Part shown: positions 20,764 through 31,033 of the stretch, one piece after another
How positions within the stretch are numbered: position 1 is the first letter of the stretch
How the letters are laid out: the number at the start of each line of letters is the position of its first letter
Source of the DNA: Craspedostauros australis
Lineage: Eukaryota
Assembly (NCBI GenBank): GCA_030167865.1
Contig: JALAGF010000333.1
Location: 1 to 64,000, forward strand
Direction of reading: 5' to 3'
DNA: 64,000 bases
Translations under genes and position numbers: made by a program
The notes under the pieces: model-generated
Seen by the model: the letters and a program-made list of their open reading frames with translations, nothing else
Database searches by the model: none
What the model was told of the DNA's origin: nothing

Positions 20764-23700
20764 ATGCTCTACGCCAAGGCAGCCTTTGTGGCTTTTATCG
20801 TTCTTGCCAACACGGCAAAAACCCACGCCGTGCTGCGCGGTAACAGGACTCCCGTCGATCCAACCGAGGAACTTCACAGGATGATGATGAAGACCCGCAT
20901 CCTCAAGGACGCCGACGGGGACACGAAGACCAACAAGGGCAACAAGGACAACCCAGTGCCACCCACTGAAAACCGGGCTGATCCAGAAACGACCGCTCCA
21001 ACCGCAGTGCCTACTGGGTCACCGACACGCTTGATTTCGGAGATGCCCTCGATGACGCCAGTCGCTCAGCCAACTGCGTCGCCGACCTCCCAGCCCACCC
21101 GCCTGCCAACATCCAAACCGGCAGCTGCCCCCTCCGGCTTCGATTCCACCATCGAGGTCATTTGCGAGCCGGATGGCAAAACTGCCCTCACAACAGAAGA
21201 GGCAAGCGCCAAGACCATCATCTGCAATTCTGCCAAGCCATCCTGCCGTGAGGCAGTGACCGCCGTCAAGAAATCCAAGCAGCTGCAGAACTTCTTCGGA
21301 TGCGCAGGAGACCTCGGTGAAGGAGCTGCACGCAAGCTCTTCAACCAGTACGCGTCGGATGACGTGCTTGCTGGCCAATTGACCCTGATCGCTACCACCA
21401 ACACGCTTCTCATCACTGAGCGAGCGGATGCAATGGAGGAGGCCTGCATGACCATCGGAATGGCCCAGTCGCCGCCTGCTGCCGACCCATGCTGCCAAGG
21501 AGCATCCGGATGCACCTCAGTCACCGGTTCCGCCTCCAACTCCCCTCCATTCATGACTGTCGCTATCACAGCATGTACTGGTGATGGCGCGTGCAAGAAC
21601 ATGGGACCGAACTCCCTCATTCTGGATTTGTCATGCACCAGCGTGAGTGCGTGTGAATCCATGAACGAAAACGAAGCCAATCCTTCCGTCACAGGAGTCA
21701 CCTTTGTCGGTGAGATGGCATGCACCACCGCGCAATCATGCGAGGGGGTGGGACGTCTATCCTACGGCAACGTGGCCATCCACAATGGTGCATGTACCGG
21801 GTTGGAGGCCTGCAACTCGGTTGGGCGCCGCGTTCAACAATCATCACCATCCTTTCGCTTTCGAAGCCACATCGACATTGGGTTGAATGCTTGCGTCGGC
21901 AGTCATGCCTGCAAGGATGCCCATTCCACTGTGAATCGTGGCTCTGCTGGGAAACTGTCAGGAAGCTTGACGATTGGTGATGGCGGCTGCGACGGCGAAG
22001 GCGCGTGCGAGAAAATTGGCTTCACTGACAGGATGCGAACTGATATCATTGTTCCTCCTGCCAGATGCAACGGTATTGAAAGCTGTAGAGGATGCATGAC
22101 GAAGACAGAGTGTGGCACTGATGAGGTGTACATCATCAGTGATGCCAACGGAGCCTGTCCAAAAGGAGGCGTTCAGGCCAACTACAACCCAACAGGAGAG
22201 AAGGTGGACGAGTATTGTGTTGGCAAGGCCACCTTGCCCACAGACTGTCCAACCTTCGGCCCGACGCCCCTTCCCACCGTGACTTTCCGACCAACATCTG
22301 CTCCAACCATCTCCACTGAACCTTCGCCCACTCCAACGATCTCTCTTCAACCTTCGTCTGTCCCGACCCTTTCTTCGGAACCGTCATCCACTCCAACCAT
22401 CTCTCTTCAACCTTCATCCACGCCCACCATCTCCACTGAACCTTCATCCACTCCAACGATCTCTCTTCAACCTTCGTCTGTCCCGACTCTTTCTTCAGAA
22501 CCGTCATCCACTCCAACCATCTCTCTTCAACCTTCATCCACACCCACCAAATCCTCTGAGCCTTCATCCACTCCAACGATCTCTCTTCAACCTTCGTCTG
22601 TCCCGACCCTTTCTTCAGAACCGTCATCCACTCCAACCATCTCTCTTCAACCTTCATCCACGCCCACCAAATCCTCTGAACCTTCGTCCACTCCAACGAT
22701 CTCTCTTCAACCTTCGTCCACGCCAACAATCTCTCTTCAACCTTCGTCTGTCCCGACACTTTCTTCGGAACCATCATCAGTTCCAACCACATCTTCTGAA
22801 CCTTCATCCACTCCCACCATATCTTCTGAACCTTCGTCCACTCCAACGATCTCTCTTCAACCTTCGTCTGTCCCGACCCTTTCTTTGGAACCGTCATCGG
22901 TTCCTTCCGCTGCTCCAACCGTTTTCGCTGGCATAGGGTGTCTTCAAATTCCAGGCAACGTGAACTCAATGTTCAATCCGGGTGCTGGTGACATCTTTTG
23001 TGAGAGTGGTACGGGCACATGCACAGACTTCGTGACCGCAGTGAATTCCCTGCCAGCCAACAAAGGGTTGATGATCAAGAGCATTTTTGGATGCGACGAT
23101 TCGGTACCACCAGGGGTTGTGTCACAGGCGGTGGCCCAGGCGCGCTTTGACAAAGTCAAGGATGATGCTGATGTGACAGCGGCCATATTGGAGACAGTCG
23201 CAACCAAGAAGCTGTTTACTGGCAGCGCAGGTGCAGTGACAGACGCATGTGGTGATGACTGCTGTGTGGGATCTGACGCTTGCTCGACCAGCCCTTCCTC
23301 TGGTGTGATGACAGTGAGTGAGGCGTCGTGCGATGGCGATACATCTTGCCTGGAGGTGTTCCCTGACACCCTCATCCTCAACAGTTGTAAAGGATTGTCA
23401 GCTTGCCAAAATTTTGGCCAGTTCACCACAACTCAACCTAACGCGGCTGTTAAGGTTGGATACAGGGTGATTGGACCAGGTGCATGCAGCGCAGATGCAA
23501 GTTGCTCAAGGGCCGTGAAGAACATCTTTGGCAATGTGAGAGTACAGACAGGGGCTTGCAGCGACGTTAATGCATGTTTGGACCTTGGAACCCGCGCATC
23601 CCAAGGAGATACCACATCGCCAGTCGTCGCCAACATCTTCATTGGCAAGAATGCATGCACAGGACGCCAAGGTTGCAATTCTGTACATGAAGGGCCTGGG

Positions 23701-23949
23701 AAGACGCGAGGAAGCTTGACGATCGAAGATGGTGCATGTATTGGACGCAGCGTGTGCACAACCGTAGCCTACGGTGATGAAGCAATCAATGACCTTGTCA
23801 TCAAAACAGGAGTTTGCGATGCTAGTCAAAATCCCACCTGCGTGCATTGTGTTCGGGACGACATGTGCAATGGAGATCCTGCACTCACATACACGATCGC
23901 TGACGCGAACGCCGACTGCACCGAACCAAACCCTTCGGCCTGTAGTTAG
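20764..23949 (+). CDS. Secreted Cys-rich protein with two homologous domains joined by a Pro/Ser/Thr mucin-like repeat
   Basis: Signal peptide MLYAKAAFVAFIVLANTAKTHA. Recurrent (S/A)CxGxx(A/S)C motifs on both sides of a 10-aa tandem array. No TM helix. Confidence 0.85.
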   Translation: MLYAKAAFVAFIVLANTAKTHAVLRGNRTPVDPTEELHRMMMKTRILKDADGDTKTNKGNKDNPVPPTENRADPETTAPTAVPTGSPTRLISEMPSMTPVAQPTASPTSQPTRLPTSKPAAAPSGFDSTIEVICEPDGKTALTTEEASAKTIICNSAKPSCREAVTAVKKSKQLQNFFGCAGDLGEGAARKLFNQYASDDVLAGQLTLIATTNTLLITERADAMEEACMTIGMAQSPPAADPCCQGASGCTSVTGSASNSPPFMTVAITACTGDGACKNMGPNSLILDLSCTSVSACESMNENEANPSVTGVTFVGEMACTTAQSCEGVGRLSYGNVAIHNGACTGLEACNSVGRRVQQSSPSFRFRSHIDIGLNACVGSHACKDAHSTVNRGSAGKLSGSLTIGDGGCDGEGACEKIGFTDRMRTDIIVPPARCNGIESCRGCMTKTECGTDEVYIISDANGACPKGGVQANYNPTGEKVDEYCVGKATLPTDCPTFGPTPLPTVTFRPTSAPTISTEPSPTPTISLQPSSVPTLSSEPSSTPTISLQPSSTPTISTEPSSTPTISLQPSSVPTLSSEPSSTPTISLQPSSTPTKSSEPSSTPTISLQPSSVPTLSSEPSSTPTISLQPSSTPTKSSEPSSTPTISLQPSSTPTISLQPSSVPTLSSEPSSVPTTSSEPSSTPTISSEPSSTPTISLQPSSVPTLSLEPSSVPSAAPTVFAGIGCLQIPGNVNSMFNPGAGDIFCESGTGTCTDFVTAVNSLPANKGLMIKSIFGCDDSVPPGVVSQAVAQARFDKVKDDADVTAAILETVATKKLFTGSAGAVTDACGDDCCVGSDACSTSPSSGVMTVSEASCDGDTSCLEVFPDTLILNSCKGLSACQNFGQFTTTQPNAAVKVGYRVIGPGACSADASCSRAVKNIFGNVRVQTGACSDVNACLDLGTRASQGDTTSPVVANIFIGKNACTGRQGCNSVHEGPGKTRGSLTIEDGACIGRSVCTTVAYGDEAINDLVIKTGVCDASQNPTCVHCVRDDMCNGDPALTYTIADANADCTEPNPSACS
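22291..22890 (+). repeat. Coding tandem repeat, 20 x 30 nt (PSS[T/V]PT[I/L/K]S[L/S/T][Q/E])
   Basis: 30-nt units counted directly, with a higher-order 120-nt period in the central part. Confidence 0.95.
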
Positions 23950-24510
23950 GCAAGACTTACATAAAGATCAGAGCTTTGAACACCGTAACTACGAGCCAAG
24001 TGAACCCTCTCTAGAAAGAGAGAGCAGCATCCACGTACCATTCTACCCGTTTGTGCTTTTGAGCTACTTCCTCGTCCCAGCGCAGGCTCTGGCATGGAGT
24101 TTGCATTGGCTGCAACCCAAGGCAAAGATGATGTCTGTGGACAACAACCCCGCCAAAATCGTGCGCAGGTGTCGAGTGTGCAACTGGGGGTGAAGGGGGG
24201 AGGGTTGAAACTTTATGACTACTATATCTGTTATTGTACCTATTAACTAGTAGTACGACCATGTGAAGTGGCGAAGCGCCCAATGCAGAACTCACGTCAG
24301 TGGCATCATTCGTGCGTCGCAGCCTTCAGTCACGATTGAGTCCGACCCAAGAACGGCACCTTGGCTGCACAATCGGCGACGGAAAATCTCCGGCCGACAC
24401 AGAACAGCATCAAATGCTGTGCCTCTCACAACCAAGGGACACAATTCCTCAAACAAGGAAGAACTCAAAGATCACCAACCACAGACCACCCAGGAAACGA
24501 CCGCTTCACC

Positions 24511-25191
24511 ATGCCAATCGTCACGAACGAACAACTGCTCAGTGCCAGCTGGCAAGGCCAGGTGGACGTGTTGAAGCAATGGAGGAAACAAAATCCAGGA
24601 GCTGATGTGAACAAGATCGCAGATTGCTGGGGCCAAACTCCTCTCCATGAAGCATGCATGTGCGGCAAAGTGAGCTTTGCGAGACATCTCATTGATTCAT
24701 GCAACGCCGACATCACCGTCACCACCAACGACGGCGCCGATCCACTTCTTGTAGCATGCAGGAACGGGCAAGTGGAGTGCGCGAGGTACCTGATTGAAGA
24801 ATGCAAGGCCAATGTTGGCACCGAAGACGACTACGGCGGTACTCCGTTTTACTACGCATGTAGATGCCGCCGTCTTGATTGCGTAGAGTACTTGATGAAG
24901 TCGGGCAACGCCAGAATCAACAGTCAAAACAGTCACGGTGAAACCCCCTTTCATATGGCATGCAGGAACGGCCACATGCATTGCGTGAGGTACATGGTTG
25001 AATTCGGCGACGCCGATATCAACTGCCCGGACAAGGATGGGCACACCTCTCTTCAGTTGGCAGGTGGCAATGGACGTTCGGAGTGTTATGAGTATCTACT
25101 TCGCACAGCTGCCGGTGCCAACATCAGCACCAGCACCGACAGGAACAGCGCAATCCAAGCAATATTCTATCAGGCCTACGATCACATGTGA
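24511..25191 (+). CDS. Ankyrin repeat protein
   Basis: Repeats GQTPLHEAC, GADPLLVAC, GGTPFYYAC, GETPFHMAC, GHTSLQLA. ATG at 24511 (MPIVTNEQLL). Confidence 0.9.
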   Translation: MPIVTNEQLLSASWQGQVDVLKQWRKQNPGADVNKIADCWGQTPLHEACMCGKVSFARHLIDSCNADITVTTNDGADPLLVACRNGQVECARYLIEECKANVGTEDDYGGTPFYYACRCRRLDCVEYLMKSGNARINSQNSHGETPFHMACRNGHMHCVRYMVEFGDADINCPDKDGHTSLQLAGGNGRSECYEYLLRTAAGANISTSTDRNSAIQAIFYQAYDHM

Positions 25192-25492
25192 AGCTGCACC
25201 AAGGGCATCAAGGCGTGCGACCTACGAGTAGCTCAACGCTGCCTCTTCGTTCGCCTTTCACGACAAGACACAACATGCCACATTGCACACACTCATACCA
25301 GTACGAGTGTGCACCTCGCGCAGAAGATTCAAGTCGAGCACAGTACCAGACGAGCATGCATGCAAACCATCAATCCATTCGCTGCATCTTCCCCAACTCT
25401 AGTATACAAGCCTCAAGTACATTTAATACATATTGCGAGTACTCCGGTCTCCTCTATGCTTGCAAAGTAGTCAGCCAACTGCGGCGGCCATC

Positions 25493-26882
25493 CTACACAA
25501 TTAGATTACCGCCTGCCATATCGTCAATATCGGTGATGATCCAATTGGACTGCTCATTCCAAAATTTGCCTCTGTCATTCATCTTGGTCTTCACGGTCAT
25601 CTCCATGCGCACCAAATGCGGGACAATCCTTGACTCTGTTCCATCTGGTTTAACACCCTGCACCACTTCGCCCGTTTCGGAGTCGGTCACGTGAAACTGC
25701 TCGTCGCACCACACCAAGGTCTGCGCGATCAGTGTGCTTTCCATGATCCCGCGCATCATTTTGGTTTCCCGCAAATGGCTCAAGTCTCCCACGCGCTGCG
25801 CAGGCGTCTTCATCAGTAGCTCTCGATAAAAAGACTTCAGCTCCTTGTCGTTCGCCAAGTTGTCGCGGGAGATGTAGGGGAGGCTGTACAGGGTCAGCAA
25901 TTCGTACGATTCCACCTTGCATTCCAATACAATATCCAATGGCTGCTGCCGTTGCAGTTGTTTATCTGGGTGCTGCTGGGCTTTGAATAATGACAGGTAA
26001 TTCGGTTCGATCATTCCCTCCAAATCGGACAGATCTGTCTCGGGAACTGTGGCGTCGTCGGTAGTCTCATTGTTCTCGTCTGTTTCTTTGGCCCTTGGCA
26101 GCGTGCATTCCAGTTTCAAATGGTGCTGATCCTTCATGATCGAATCCACTGGGACTGCGAATGGAGACATGGTGCGATAGCCGAAATCGGAAAGGAGTAC
26201 GAGCGATGCGCAGAATTCATCAAGCAAGGCAATGCGAGGAATGAAATGGAATTGCACAATGGATGCAAAAACGATGATACATGCTCGAGTCAGAATCGAC
26301 GAAATGAAGTACACGAGAATTGGGACGCACTCCATCGTATTATACTCGCAATCATATCTATTGAAAGGCGCCCATCCGTCCATCTCTGCATTCATGCGTG
26401 CCTGCGGCGCCATGAATGACAACAGAGCAAGCGAATGCTCCATCCATGCCTCACGATCCGCGCATGCTTCACTCACCACCATACACGTTGGACAGCAGCT
26501 GCCCCATCCCCTGCACGAAGGCCCAGCTCATCGTCTCCGCCATATCCTGCTTCCAGTGGTTGAACCACAGAAATTGGTACCACGGAATATCCAAGAACAT
26601 GTACGCGCTGGCGATGGCGTTGATGGTGGGATGGCCAGGATTTCCAGGTGTCGACGTGAGGAGATGATTGGATTGGTTGTGCTGCGAAGTGCCCTCGACG
26701 AGACGAGGCAACCGATCGGGATGATGATGCCATGGAAAGATGGGCACGTCGATTGTTTTGGAGGCCTCCGATGCGGTGTCATCGCTGGGTTGGTCTGTGG
26801 AGAAGATGCGCAGGTACGACCATCTGTGCCGCTGCAACGGCCGCCTTGCCGTTTTCAACACTGTGCAGGCGCTGGAGATCAT
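25493..26882 (-). CDS. Putative mitochondrial protein with Tim44-like C-terminal domain (paralog 2)
   Basis: Exons 26882-26477 and 26154-25493 (GTGAGT..CAG phase-1 intron, 355 aa). Shares FPWxH..LPRL, WxxDxAxxxSWAF, HLVRME and W.ITDIDD..GN.IV with paralog 1. Confidence 0.65.
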
Positions 26883-27355
26883 CACCTTCGCTTCTGTTGC
26901 ACCAGTGTGTGGGTGTGTACTTGTGTTTGACGAGATCGGTGAAGACTTGGCTGCTATGTTGACACAGAAGCGGCCGACGCCGTGAGTTTGTGATGCAATT
27001 TGATGTCGTCGAAGGCGATGGTGATGACAACACACGAATCTCTGTTGGGTTTGTCCATGATCGCGCCAGCGTTGGGCATTTTGCTCCGTTCATGTGACGT
27101 CAGGCACATCACTATAGTCTATGTTATTGAAGGTAGCTGGTACAATGTGCCGAAGGAAATGTGGTACATTGTGGCTCAGTCCGACCTTATCTGTACCACC
27201 CACACACCCACCCCCTCTCGTGTTCAACGTACGAATCGCACTCACAAACTATATTCTTGTATTGAGGTGGTAATCATGTTTTAAGTATAGTCGGGTCGGA
27301 GTTTCTTGAGTGTGCGTCAGTCTCCATTCAGCCACGCTCCTAATACGCACAAATT

Positions 27356-28525
27356 CTACTTGTAAACAGGATCGCCGGTACTGAGAACGCGCACGACGTC
27401 TCCCACCGCGATAGATGTGCGTTCGCCCACAGGCAGAGCATTTTGCGCAAAGAAGACATCCTCCTTGCTGTCTGCGTTCAAGGCTCGAAAGGAGCGCATG
27501 ACGGCCAGCGGCTGCGTGCTGACTTCGCCCGTCACTTGGTTGGTACAGGATTGCTTGCACCGCGGACATGCCTTGACGACGGAGAAGAGCTGATTTCCGA
27601 TGCTGATCATCTTCCACTTATCTTCTGCGAATGGCGTCATGTCGCCATCGATGACGATGTTGGCACGGAACTGTTTCATCGAGATGGGCGCATCGCCGTT
27701 CTTTTGCAAACGTCTATTGAGCTCATCCAACGAGGCCTGGCACGCAATGAGAATGGGAAACCCGTCGCTGAGCTGGACCTGCGGCGTGCTGTTGGTCCAC
27801 CACGTTTTGGCATGCAGCGGCGTGAATTCCGAGCTGGCACGACGATCATCCTGGTTGCTTTGCGCGACGAGTCGGACGCCTTTGTACAGCGATGATGCCG
27901 ATGCATCGCCTTCCGTGCCTTCGTCGCCGATCGCGCTGTTCGTCTCCAAGCCCACAATGCTCTGAAAGAACGCCGCTGCGGCGTCGCCCATGTCGTCGCA
28001 CAGCACCTGGTCACCCCAAACTCCGGCACGGATCTGTTTGGCGTCCGCAGGTGCTTGCGCTGGGATGGTGATCTGCTTCTTGCCCGCGCTCTTCTTGTCG
28101 CCGCCATAGTTGACGACGAGACTGTCCGAATCCAAGTGCACCGAGATCGTCGCCAAGATGGGACACTGCCGCTGGCTGAGAAATCGATGCGTCGAATCGG
28201 TCGGTGCGAAGCTGGTCTTGTAGACTGGCAGCGGGATGGGATACACCAGCATGTAGGCGCGGTCATTCTCCAATCCGCGCTCGCCGATGCTGACCGTCTT
28301 GGGCGATACGGCACGCAGCGACTTGACCGGGTAGTAGGACAGCTCGGAGACCCTGCCCACCACCGGACCAGTCTTGGCTTCGTCCTTGGCTTGTCTCAAT
28401 GATGCGGCGGCCTGAAACCGTGCCAAGATGTACGGAATCTTGCTGCCCGTCAGGACGATCACGATGAGTGCCGTGCCGATGAGGAGAGGGTCCACATCGG
28501 CCAATGAAGCGAGGAGCGATGACAT
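27356..28525 (-). CDS. MOSC-domain protein (mARC-like)
   Basis: N-terminal TM anchor; motifs YYPVKSL, NDRAYML, LSQRQCPILA, LSDGFPILIACQASLDELN, FRANIVI, CPRC. Confidence 0.92.
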   Translation of the reverse strand: MSSLLASLADVDPLLIGTALIVIVLTGSKIPYILARFQAAASLRQAKDEAKTGPVVGRVSELSYYPVKSLRAVSPKTVSIGERGLENDRAYMLVYPIPLPVYKTSFAPTDSTHRFLSQRQCPILATISVHLDSDSLVVNYGGDKKSAGKKQITIPAQAPADAKQIRAGVWGDQVLCDDMGDAAAAFFQSIVGLETNSAIGDEGTEGDASASSLYKGVRLVAQSNQDDRRASSEFTPLHAKTWWTNSTPQVQLSDGFPILIACQASLDELNRRLQKNGDAPISMKQFRANIVIDGDMTPFAEDKWKMISIGNQLFSVVKACPRCKQSCTNQVTGEVSTQPLAVMRSFRALNADSKEDVFFAQNALPVGERTSIAVGDVVRVLSTGDPVYK

Positions 28526-29361
28526 GACTGCGTTGCTTTCCGCCGGTGGCTGATTTTATGTCTGCAATGGAACTTGCTCGTGCTCTTGCTTGTCCCTCTC
28601 CCTCCCTCTCGATCTCACTCTCTTCCACTCTACACCTCACTTTGTTTGGAAGAACGTTCACAATTTCTTGTTGGATGTGTCTCCTGGTTTGGCACGTTCA
28701 GTCAAGATCTTCGCCGCACAGCCAAGAACATTCCCATCACGTTCCCTCCAGGAACACGAACGATGCGATCTTTTGCGTTCTGCTTGTGTCACCATTGTCA
28801 CAGTCAATCACTATTCGGCGCATGTGCTTCTGCGTCATCATTCGTGAACTGGATCAGTCATGGAAGTGGATCACGTTGACACCAACAACAAAAACCTTGC
28901 ACAACACACGCAACGCACTTCAACACGACCAAATGATTGGTGTTGCGATGTCATCGTTTCGTTGGTTCCAACGAGCAACGATGCGCGGCGCGCTGTCTCC
29001 AACCAAGAGGGAGTCACTGGAAAGGAACAGATTGCTCCCGGACTCATTGTTGTCAACTGCGTACGATCTGCTCCTACCAACACCTCACACGTGAAGGAGA
29101 GCCGTCAGACGAAGCATCATACTGACACGGATACAAACACACAGAGCAGGGTTACCAACTCGCCCATCTCCGTCAAGAGCAACGCAAATCAAACAGCGGC
29201 TTACTGCTACTACACTGAGTCAAAGCCGTCCCAGTTCGCTGGCACAATAGAAGTACGGATCCGCAACTATTGACCGCAACAAACTGACGCTGCAGAGCAT
29301 TGATACCGCACTGACTAATCACCCAAATCGGAAGTTCGTTGACAATAAAGACAAGCCGAAG

Positions 29362-30748
29362 ATGACGTCTACGCCATCGCGTTCTTTGATGATGAGAGCG
29401 ACAAAGACAGCAGCCGCCGCCGCGAGCCTCTGTCTGCTCCTCACGATCGCGTCGGTTCCCACGCCTACGCGGGCCTTCGTTGCGCCGAGACCGCCAGCTC
29501 CGACCAGCACCACACAACGGCAGGCTCTGTTTGCACCCTTCGACAGAACCCAACGCAACGCCAATGCAGCCGTGACGACAGCAACCTCCGACGATGCTGT
29601 TCCGTACGTCGTTGAACGCATCAGCGAGACCACCATCGCACCCAGAGATACCAGGCTGTTTGCCGCCATCTCCAACCTTTGCATCAACGTCTTCTTCAAG
29701 GAGAAGCTTGGTGCGAAACCGAATGATCGCATGCTGTGAGTATTGGCGCAACTCTTGTGCTCAACTTCTTCTGAGTGCTGCAAATATGCTGGTGCAATCG
29801 TATTCCTCAGAGTATGTCGCTCTTCTGTGCACTGTTGTGCCGTGCTGTGCCGTGCTGTGAATCCATGGCCACGCCAGCCTGCTATTTCATGATGTTCTCA
29901 CAATCATCTTTTCCAATGCATTCAACCCATGAATCTTTGACACCCGCCACAACGCCACCTCCATTGGTGCCATCTTGTTTGATATCACGGAACATGCCAA
30001 TGCTTCTCTTGGTAATGCATGGACGCCACATGCCAATGCCTCTCTTGGCATTGCATCTCCATTTTCGCCCTTCAACGCTCGCAGACCATGGCAAGCCATC
30101 AACATTTCTTCACTCAAAAAGCTGCAAACGGGAGATTTGCGAATACGCAGGGAACGGTATCGCAACTGCAACGAGATGTTCCTCGTTTACGAGGTGCGTC
30201 CTGCCGTCGGCAAGGAAGCGCTCAAAAAACCCGTCCTCTTGGATTTGGACGAAGTCTACAACATGCCAAACAACAGCAACGACAACGCCGACAGCATCGA
30301 CTACGTCAAGGGCGATCTCATTGCCTTCGTGGAGATCACGCAGAAAGCGTACGGACTCGGTGACATCGATCTCAGCGGCACGGTGCGTCCCATCCTCACC
30401 AACCTCGCCGTCGCGAAGCACGCGCGCAAATCGGGCATCGGATCGGAATTGCTGCGACTCTGCGAAGATTGCGTCGTCAACACTTGGAAGATGGGGGAGA
30501 TCGTTCTCGAGGTGGAGGATTACAACGACAACGCGCTGGAATTCTACCGACGACGCGGGTACAAGGTGGTCTACACGGATCCGGCCAGTCGACGATTCAC
30601 GGTGGATGGATTGATGCTGCGGAAGGAGCGCTGTTCGCGTGACATCATGTGCAAAACGTTCGATCTCAAGCAACGGGCGCAGAGCGGCGTCATCAACCTG
30701 TCGTCGTTCAACATTTTCCAGCGTTTGCGTGAAACGGTCGGAATATGA
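29362..30748 (+). CDS. GNAT-family acetyltransferase, predicted plastid-targeted
   Basis: Exons 29362-29735 and 30085-30748 (phase-2 GT-AG intron). Signal peptide then TRA-FVAP. Motifs LTNLAVAKHARKSGIG and LEVEDYNDNALEFYRRRGY. Confidence 0.85.
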
Positions 30749-31033
30749 AATGCGTACTTCTGGCCATTAAAAGTATAAATTTGTGACGTAACGTAATGTA
30801 AATGGAATAGCACGAGTCGGTATGAACCTGATTGCAACTCTTCGCGATTGCATGCTGCCTGGCGCAGTCCAAAGCAACATTGCACAGAGCTCTACCGCAT
30901 CATGGGTACTCCGATGACGATGTCTTAAACAGTGATATCTCGTCTTATGTAACGCATGCCAGTAGATCATGCAGTGCTTCTAAATTAAACTTTTGTAATG
31001 AACATTGTCGTATAATACTCATTCCGTGACGCA

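Noticed and set aside
22291-22890. 30-nt periodic array as a possible CRISPR
   Set aside because: No unique spacers; it is an in-frame coding repeat in a eukaryotic gene.
26155-26482. Open frame running through the intron of Tim44-like paralog 2
   Set aside because: Good splice sites, the same intron position in paralog 1, and an intron length that is not a multiple of 3; treated as a chance open frame.
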